From positions 124,813-188,812 of the forward strand of contig NW_003314343.1 in assembly GCF_000143415.4 (NCBI RefSeq): a stretch of DNA of 64,000 bases, in the 5' to 3' direction. The position numbers and the translations under genes are program-made. This DNA is from Selaginella moellendorffii (Eukaryota; Plantae; Lycopodiophyta). Numbering within the stretch: position 1 is the first letter of the stretch; the number at the start of each line of letters is the position of its first letter. Positions 52,601-61,729 of this stretch are shown here, one piece after another. The notes beneath the pieces are model-generated. The model saw only the letters and a list, made by a program, of their open reading frames with translations, had not been told where the DNA came from and searched no databases.

Positions 52601-54797
52601 AACCGGTCTACAAATAACTGAGCAAGTTTAGAAGCTTTTATCGTTGTCTTCGTAAGGAAGAAATGAGCCATCTTCGTCAAACGATCCACAACAACCCAAA
52701 TAGAATCATTTCCTCGAAAGGTTTTGGGCAAACCAATGATAAAATCCATTGAGATGTTATCCCACTTATTCTCAAGTACACGTAAAAGATGATAGATGCC
52801 AGCAAGCTTATGATGATCAACTTTGACTGCCTAGCAGATCAAACAACCACGTACGTACTTCTCAACATCTGACTTCATCCCAGGCCAAAAGAAATGCCTC
52901 TTCACCAACATATACGTTCTCAATACCCCTGGATGCCCAGCACATGGCACATCATGACACTCAACCAAAATCCGTTTGATGAGTTTGTCAACACAAGGAA
53001 CCACTACACATCCCTTCTTCACCAGGATTCCATCTCATATGTCAAATGATGCAAACTTGTCACCCTTCAAATCTGTAGAGGAGTCCCTTAACAAAACCTT
53101 CACACGAATATCAATGATAAAGGAGTCGAAGTCAGCAAACTCCTTAAGCTCATCCAAGAGATCGCTGGATAGCTTCATGTACGAGATAAAATTTACCATC
53201 CTGGATAATGTATCAGCCACCTTATTGTCACTTCCATGCTTGTACTGGATCTTAACAGACATTTCTTGCAAGAACTCTTGCCAATGAGCAAGGCAGCCTT
53301 GAAGATCCACATTTTGAGAGACTAATGATCTGAATCTACATAGAAGTCCGATCCATATAGATAATGTTGCCATTCTCGAGTAGGTCAATTCCGTTGTGTG
53401 GCATCAAACTTGTGGCTTATGAATGTGAGAGAATGCCTAACTTGAAGCAATACGGCCCCAAAAGCACTATCACTCACATCATTATTTATAATTTCCACCA
53501 CAGTCACTTTATCATTCATTGACCCCTTCAAAACAATCCTTGCTCTGATGTCCAACTGTATGGCAATGAAAACAATTGCCCTCCACCTTGTCCTTCTCTC
53601 GCTGGTCCAAACGAAGTTTCTTAACTTTATTGCCATCATGCTTCAAGCCACAACGGAATAACGACTGTTTCTTCCCCAAATAGGAAGAATTAGCAAGCTG
53701 GTCATCACGTTGACTACTCTGTAGACTATCTCGTTGACTAGAGTTGACCAAATTGACTGATGGTTTGGGCAAAAAGATCTGAGCCTTAGTGATAGCATCA
53801 ATCAATGTTGCTGGAAAATCTTTCTTGACCTTCTGCTGCACATCCACTGAGCTCAATCCTTTGATGAAACATTGCACATTTAGCAGCTCATTATAGGTCT
53901 CCGTGAGACTAAGGAAAAGATTACGGAACTTGCGGGCATACGCATCCAAAGATAAAGTCCCTTGCCGGATCTTTAACAATTGGTTCACGAGATCAACCTC
54001 TTCAAACTTCTTCACAAACGAAGTGTGGAAAACCTTTGTCCTTGACCTTCTACTGCACATCCACTAAGCTCAATCCTTTGATGAAACATTGCACCTTTAA
54101 CAACTCATTATAGATGCCAAGAAAATATCATGGGACTTGCGGGCATACACATTCAAAGACAAAGTCCCCTGTTGGATCTCTAACAGCTGGTTCACAAGAT
54201 CAACCTCTTTAAACTTCTTAACAAACGAAGCGCAGAAAACCTTTGTCAAATCAGTCCAAGAAGTCAGCTTCAGATTAGCTTTGATGTAATTCTTCCATCA
54301 CGAAGAAGCATGGCCCGTAAGCTTTATCACAAAAAAGTCTATCTTCACCTTATCCTCACAAGAATTGTGAGACCAACAACTTTCCCACAATTCCAACCAA
54401 GAATCAACCTCTTGACTATCACAAACATCTGGTGATGATTTCCATTCCATGATACCATAATCCTTGACATACTTGACGTACCAATGGTAATCACGGACAT
54501 GAGATTGATTCAACCCTTGAGGGTCCATGCGAAGCAAGAAATCCTTAATGAGATTGACAGAATCCTTAACCCCCTTTATGTCGCTCTGAACCTCAGGAAT
54601 TTGGCATCCTTGCTGCACAAAGACATCATCAAGAGTTTCTTCCACATCGTCATGGCTATCATCACTAACGCCATACTCTTCATCAGGATCAATGTCTTGC
54701 TCACCCGCCATCCCCAAAAGAACATGCTACTCCGATACCAATGAAATGAACAAGAGAGCGAACCCTAGGCCAACCTCCCAACCCTTAAGGCGTTACA
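49603..54797 (-). mobile_element. Non-autonomous chromovirus-like gypsy element (gag, RH remnant, IN, chromodomain; no PR/RT seen)
   Basis: PBS TGGTATCGGAG (reverse complement ~54730-54740). LTR end repeated at 49603-49650 and 54742-54790. PPT 51685-51697. CFHCHTVGH, MDFIIGLP, SDRDPKF and LVQWNGYSMDEATWE motifs. Confidence 0.85.
49799..51520 (-). mobile_element. Solo LTR (1722 bp), TSD CTATG, inserted in the 3' LTR of the element above
   Basis: TG...CA termini. CTATG at 49794-49798 and 51521-51525. Homologous to 20446-22167. Confidence 0.92.
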
Positions 54798-56956
54798 AGC
54801 TCTATTTCGTTAAAGTGGGAATTGTCATTATCCCACTTGTAAAATAAGGTTTCCAAACCTTTATATAGTATATAAATATAACAAAATTCAACTGCATTGA
54901 GGCACATGCCATTTTATTTTAAACAAGGAAATGTCTACTCAATCACTTCTCCTCCCCCTGCCACTGCTTCACCTCTCTCTTCTCCTTGTCATCGTCGTCC
55001 AATTTCTTTCCATCCTTTTAATATTGGCTCAGTTGCTCCGAGTCTAGGTGGAGCCCAAGTCCCCATTCAATCTTTACTTTCCCCTTATTAATAAAACAAC
55101 TTCGTAGACTTCCAATAACATGCTGTAACACTTCTAGTATAATGCAAATCCTCTCAAAGAATTGTCTTTTAATATTAATACAATGGCATGGAACCCCATG
55201 CCATAATAAGTTACATTTTTAAATAAATACATGCCATCTCAGACTGTTATTTTTTGCCTCCAACGCCTATACAATAATCTTGGAATTTCATCACTCTCCA
55301 CACTATCAGGATTTAAACCCAATAGTAATGCCATCTCTTCTCCAATACGTCCACGCTCATGTTCAGTGGTCGAAGAACCCATTCGGTTGAGCAGATTATG
55401 GAGATGCGGATAGTGCTTGGCTAGACAATATACATGCCATAAATGATGACTGGTGTCTGTCCAATCAAATGGCTTCTGATATACCGTTCCATCTGCCATT
55501 TGGTTGATTTCTGCAGCCACCTCCTGGACTGATTGGTTCTCTATCACCATCGCTTCAAGCCGTTTTGCAAGGTCCCCCAGAACATACGGTTTCTTCTCCC
55601 TAGTTTCCATACTGCAAGAGATGGGGTGCACTGCATATGTGTGCGTGTTCGCTGCAGTTTTAATCGGCGAGTCATCGATGATGAGGATTTCACTTGACCT
55701 AGCAGTCCGGTTCATCACTACAGCCTCTGGCTTGACGAAGATGGGCTTGTGTAAGGAACCAACTCGCCGAGGTGTCGTAGGCTAAAGGAACCCCGAAAGC
55801 ATGACCAAAATGACAAAGAGTTCATCGGATGGGACCAAGTCGAAGATCGAGTCCAAGACCGACTCTAGGACCGAGTTCGAGATAGAGTCCGGAATCGAGT
55901 CCGAGACCAACTCGGGGACCGAGTTCGAGTCCGAGTTCGAGACCAAGTTCGAGACGGAGTCCGAGATCCGAAATCGGGTCCGAGACCGAGTCCGAGGTCG
56001 AGTCCGAGGTCGGGTCCGAGATCGGGTCCGAGATCGAGTCCGCGATCGAGTCCGAACCCGAATCCGAAGTCGGATCCGAAATCGGGTCCGAGATCGAGCC
56101 AGAGACTAAGTCCAAATACTAATACGGGTCAAGGGGTGAAAGCCCAAAGCGTGTGTCTCCCAGGGGGGGGGGGCTGCGGGGGGTTCCAAAAGTATAGTAG
56201 GGATAGTGAGGTCCAGGAACCAGTTTTGAAGGGACTCTCCAGTTGGGCTTCCAAACCGACTTGAGGTTGGGACTGGGACTAAGGGGCCTTGGGTGGGAGT
56301 GAGCATGGACTTGGCTGGTGCCGGAGGGGCCATCCAAGGAAGTGCTCAAGAGCAGCTCCCACTCCCGAAAGGGAAACCGATTGCGGTGCTCCCGGCTCAT
56401 GTGGAGTGGTGCCCCACTTGAGTACCATGCGGCTCATTGGTCCTTGCCCTTCCTAGGGGCTTGGGCCTTCCTTCGGGACGGAAGTGGGGGGCGAGAGGTA
56501 CCCATACCGGGCCGTTAGGCCACGGTGTTTCACCCCGGCGTCCCGAAGCAAGTGTTGCACTCAAGACTTGGGATTTAGAGGGTCCCATGATCAAGTCTTG
56601 TGGTACCAAGGGATGTTAGGAACCTGGAAGCTTGGTGTGCTTGGCTGCTTGTGCTTGCGGGGAGTGTAGCCGAACCTTAAGTCCAGTCTAACTCGGGGAG
56701 GGGGATTGGGAGTGATTTGGGAATCCGTGGAAGGATGGCTAACACTCCGTTGCTCGTGCAGTGAGTAGTTGAAACCAAGTAGGAGTTGGTACCATAGGCG
56801 AGAACCTTGGCAAGGGAACTTAGCAAAAGCCAAGGCAGTGTTGGACGGATAGACGAGGTAAGCTGGCAAATTGGAAAGGAAAAATTTGTGGCTTACAATT
56901 TGGTATCGGAGCCTTTATCTCAGTTCTAGCGAAGGATAGAGGCGGATTGCTGGGAG

Positions 56957-59900
56957 ATGGCAAGGGCAGGGCGTAAGCGAACCCAGGCGGAGACGGAACC
57001 TCCGCCGGAGCTGGAGCCTCCGGTTGAACAAGAGGCTATGGATGAGGAATCCTTGCATGAGGAGGACTCTAGTGAGGAAACTTCCAAACAGGAGTCCGGT
57101 GGCGAGGTTCGGTCGTCCAAGGCTCGATTGGACGTGCTAGAAGGACAGTTGGCACAGACCAATGCCCTGCTGGAGACTCTCGTACGCAAGTTAAAGCGTG
57201 ACGAGAAGCGGAAGAAAAAGCGAAAGACTGCGGATGCTGGCAGCGCAGAAGGTGCGGACCCTTCGGCAGGGACTGAGGCAAAACCAGACAAGGTCGAACA
57301 GACCGAAGTGGAATCAGTCCCTCAGGCAGTTCCCAAGTACAAACCAAAGCCCCCACCGGTGTTCAAGGGAGTGAACGACTATAAGGTTGTGGAGGATTGG
57401 TTTTACGATATGGAGGACTACTTCCGAGCGTTGCGGTTACCGAGCTCGGAGAAGGTCCCATGTGCAAAACCATACTTGGCAGATAATGCCAAGTCTTGGT
57501 GGAGAACAATGGAGGCCAACAAAGGACCGGTGGCCACCTGGGACATGATGAAGGCGAGGATCCGCGCGACATACGTTCCTCTGAATGCCACTCTGCATCT
57601 GAGAGATGAGCTGAGTAGGCTGAAGCAGACTGGAACCATCCAGGAATATGTGAATGGGTTCATGGCAAAGAGGATACTTGTCACGGACATGGGGGATATG
57701 GATGCGTTCCATGCCTTTATATCAGGTTTGCAAACCTGGGCTCGCGGTGAGGTGATGCGCTGGAACCCGACCAACTACAAGGAAGCGTTGGATGCGGCCA
57801 TCAAGGTGCATTTCAACGATAACCTGTGAAAGGGGAACACGACGGGGTCGGGATCCACGTTTCACAAAGGGGCCAAACCGAGGGGAACATATAGCAAGGG
57901 GAAATTCAAGAAGAGTTTCTCTAAGAATGAGTCCTCGGGGTTCCGGAAAGGCAAATCCGGTGGCCAGCGAGCGAGTACGTGGGGAAGTCAAGCGAAAAGA
58001 GACAAACCCACGGATAAGAAGGTCAAGTCGTATAGCAGCGTGGGCAACAACGTATGCTACAACTGCGGCGAAGCGGGACACTTCTCAAGGGAATGTCCCT
58101 ACCCGAAGAAGGCCAGAGCCAATATGGCCATCAAGTCGGGTGAAGTCCAAACTGAGGTATGTGATCCAGTCCCTAACTCAAAGTTACTCATTACACGAGC
58201 AACTTTGGTAGAGAGTCGTTCGCGACATCTACTAGCCCTCCGAGGGAAGCTCGGAGGTAGCTTTGTTAAGATCCTTATTGACACGGGTGCTTCGGATAAT
58301 TTTGTGGCTGCAGACATAGTCCGGCAAGCCGGACTAACGGTGCAGCGGCTAGGCGAACCAAGGACTATAGAGTTTGTTCAAGGTAGCCAAAGCACCGATG
58401 AGGTACTTCGACAAGCGAGAGTCGAAGTGGGGACATGGAAAGTGGACATGGATTTCACCGTCTTGGACATGGCGGGATTTGACGTGATCTTCGGAATGGA
58501 TTGGTTTAATCGGTTCGTGGTGGCCCTGCATGGACAAGGTAGGAACCTTGTGGTATTGGCGAATGCCCAAGGAAGAAGATCTAGGGTGGAGGCCCAGGAT
58601 CTAAAGGTAGGGCAAAGCAAGGCCAAAGAGTCATGTTTAAACCTGGTGTCCACGAGAGGACAACTCACTAAAGGAACTAAGGCAGCCTTTTTGTGCTTAC
58701 TCTCGGTGAAGAGTGACAAAAAGACAAGAACAGAAGAAGTACCTTTAGTGATCCAGCAGGTGCTGGACCAATTCCAGGATACCATGCCAGAGGAGCTACC
58801 GGCGGGGTTGCCCCCCGCACGACCGATAGAACATAAGATTGAGCTGGTCGAGGGTGCTGAGGCGGTGGTTCGTCCACCCTATCGATTGAACGAAAAAGAA
58901 CTCAAGGAGCTCAAGAGCCAACTAGAGGAGTTGGTGGACAAAGGGTATGTTAGGTTGAGCAAGTCGCCGTATGGGGCGCCGGTGCTATTTGTGAAAAAGA
59001 AAGATGGATCTATGCGCATGTGCATAGACTACCGGTTGCTCAACAAGTATACCAAGAAGAACAAGTACCCTTTGCCAAGGATCGAGGACCTGTTCGATAG
59101 GTTGGGAAAGGCAAAATACTTCTCGAGGATTGACCTAAGGTCAGGATACTACCAGATCAGGGTAGCTGAGGAAGATGTCGAGAAGACAACCTGTCGAACG
59201 AGGTATGGGAGCTTTGAGTTTTTGGTGATGCCCTTTGGGCTGTGCAATGCGCCGGCAACGTTTTCGGCGTTGATGAACCACATCTTTGTACCCTATCTGG
59301 ATCGCTTCATGGTCGTCTATATTGACGACATCTTGATCTATAGCGAGACGCTAGAGGAGCATGCCGAACACTTGGCGAAGGTGTTTGAGAAACTAAGGGA
59401 ACACAAACTGTATGCTAAAGAGAGCAAATGTGACTTTGCTCAACAAGAGGTAAAGTTTCTCGGGCATGTGGTGGGCCAGGACGGGCTCAAGGTGGACCCG
59501 GAGAAGGTCCAAGCGATCCAGGAATGGGAACGACCATCGAATGTACATGAGTTGAGGGTGTTCCTGGGGCTATGCAACTACTATCGAAAGTTTATCAGAC
59601 ACTATTCGAGAGTAGCCCTGCCCTTAACGGACCAAACAGGAAAAGGGAAGATGGTATGGACAGCGGAATGCGAGGCGGCATTCGTCCACCTCAAAGGGAA
59701 GTTGAGGAAGGCTCCGGTGTTGGCATTACCAGACTTTGGTAAGGACTTTGAGGTAGACACAGATGCTTCGGACTTTGCGTTGGGCGCAGTTTTGAAGCAA
59801 GACAACCATCCAGTAGCGTTCTTCTCGAAGAAGCTGGACAAGGCTCAACGGAAGTGGCCTGCCCACGAGAAGGAATTGTTTGCGGTGGTCAAGGCGCTCA

Positions 59901-61729
59901 AGGAGTGGCGACACTACCTTGGGAGACACTTCAAGGTTTACACGGACAGTGTGGCAACGAAACACTTCTTGTCACAGCCCGACCTAAGGGGAAAACAAGG
60001 TCGGTGGGCCAATGCTTTGGCCGAGTTTGATTGCGAGATCCTGTACAAGCCTGGGAAGAGCAACATCGTGGCAGATGCGCTAAGTCGAAAAGCGAGCTTG
60101 AAGTTGGCGATATCTAGCGCGACAGCAACCTTTTGGGACGATGTGCGGACCGCATACGAGAGTGATGGTCTAGCACAAGAAGTGTTGCTGAGGAATCTGG
60201 AGGCGCGGGAAGCTCACCAGAGAGGTGAGCTGCCAACGGAAGAGAAAACGGGCTATGCGGAACGCAACGGACTCATATATTACAAGCAAACGAGGGTGTA
60301 TGTTCCAGAAGGGGAACTAAGGAAAGTAGCCTTGGAAGAGTGTCATGATGGACCTCTTGCGGGACACGGCGGAGTGCCCAAGACGATGGGCTTACTCAAA
60401 AGGAAGTATCACTGGCCGGATATGGCTAAGGACGTCCAAGACTATGTAAAGACATGTCCAACATGTCAGCAGGTCAAAGCCGTGACGAAGGCTAGTGGGG
60501 GCTTGTTGCAAAGCATCCCCATTCCAGATCGTCCGTGGAAATGTCTCACGATGGACTTCATCACGGGACTACCCCCAAGCGAGGGGTTCGATGCGATATT
60601 CGTGGTGGTGGACCGATTTTCAAAGATGGCACATTTCATACCCACCACAACGGATGTGGATGCGGAAGGTGTGGCGAAGCTGTTCTTCGAACAAGTGGTT
60701 CGAGTGCGGGGAAGGCCGGAAGAGATTATCTCAGATTGAGATAAGATCTTCACCAGTAGGTTCTGGAGGACACTCCTAGAACAGTATCGCACCAAGTTGA
60801 AATTCAGCACGGCCTATCACCCACAGACAGGTAATGGGTATTGAGTCAAGATTGATGGCACTAACACTTCTTGACAGACGGACAAACGGAAAGGGTGAAT
60901 AGGCAGCTGGAGGATTATTTGCGATGCTATGTCTCGGGAGACCAGACCGACTGGGTAAGTCATTTGGGACTTGCGGAAATGTGTTATAACAACTCACCAC
61001 ATTCGAGCATCGGGGTGAGTCCATGGGAAGTCATCAATGGGCGAGCTATTGAAGGTCCTGTGGAACTCGGCGTGGCCGAGTATCATGGAGAGTTACCCGC
61101 AGTGGAGGCATTCACGGCGGAAAGACTCAACATTTGGAATCTAGTGAGGGATTCCTTGGAACGAGCTCAACAAAGGCAAACCAAGTACGCGAACCTAAAG
61201 CGCCGGGATGTAGAGTTCCAAGCTGGGGAGAAGGTGTGGCTGAACACCAAGAACCTTAGGCTACCAAGTGGGATCAGCCGAAAGTTGACCCAAAGGTAAA
61301 AATGCATGTATTCCTGTAAATGAATTGATCTTGAGTTCCTTAAGCAGGTTCGCGGGGCCTTACGAGATTGAGGCACGAATCGGTAAAGTGGCTTACTGAC
61401 TCCGACTTCCTCGAGAGATGGGGAAGATGCACCCAGTGTTCCATGTGAACTTACTCAAGCCGTACTTTGAGGATCCGCTTCGCAAGGACCAAGTAAGACC
61501 TTTACCTGAGGTTATCCAAGGGGAAGAGGAATACGAAGTCGAGGCCATCCTCAATGCGCGCAAGAGCAAGCAACAAGGACGCGAGGTGAGAGAGTTCCAT
61601 GTGAAGTGGAAAGGATTTCCACACTGCGAAGCAACATGGGAACCGGAGGAGAACCTAGCGAACGCGCGAGATCTAGTGGAGGAATTTCTGCAAGGCAGAA
61701 CTCTATGTACTTATGCAAAGTTCAATTAA
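56957..61729 (+). CDS. gag-pol polyprotein (CA, zinc knuckle, PR, RT, RH, IN, GPY/F, chromodomain) with predicted introns 60831-60877 and 61296-61347 and three in-frame TGA lesions
   Basis: One frame from 56957 to 60830 with TGA at 57827 and 60737. [22 protein letters not shown] and HHCC motifs. Removing the insertions gives HPQT|DGQTE and KLTQR|FAGPY. Third TGA at ~61397. Chromodomain YEVEAIL...VKWKGF...TWEPEENL. Confidence 0.9.
60831..60877 (+). other. Predicted 47-nt spliceosomal intron in integrase
   Basis: AG|GTAATG...CACTAAC...GACAG|. Removal restores frame and the HPQTDGQTER motif. Confidence 0.85.
61296..61347 (+). other. Predicted 52-nt spliceosomal intron before the GPY/F module
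   Basis: AG|GTAAAA...AAGCAG|GT, AT-rich. Removal restores KLTQRFAGPY. Confidence 0.85.

Noticed and set aside
57827-61399. Three in-frame TGA codons in gag-pol as programmed readthrough or recoding
   Set aside because: They fit CGA-to-TGA methyl-CpG decay. The old copy has CGA at the SDRD site (~1851-1853), and all LTR differences are transitions.
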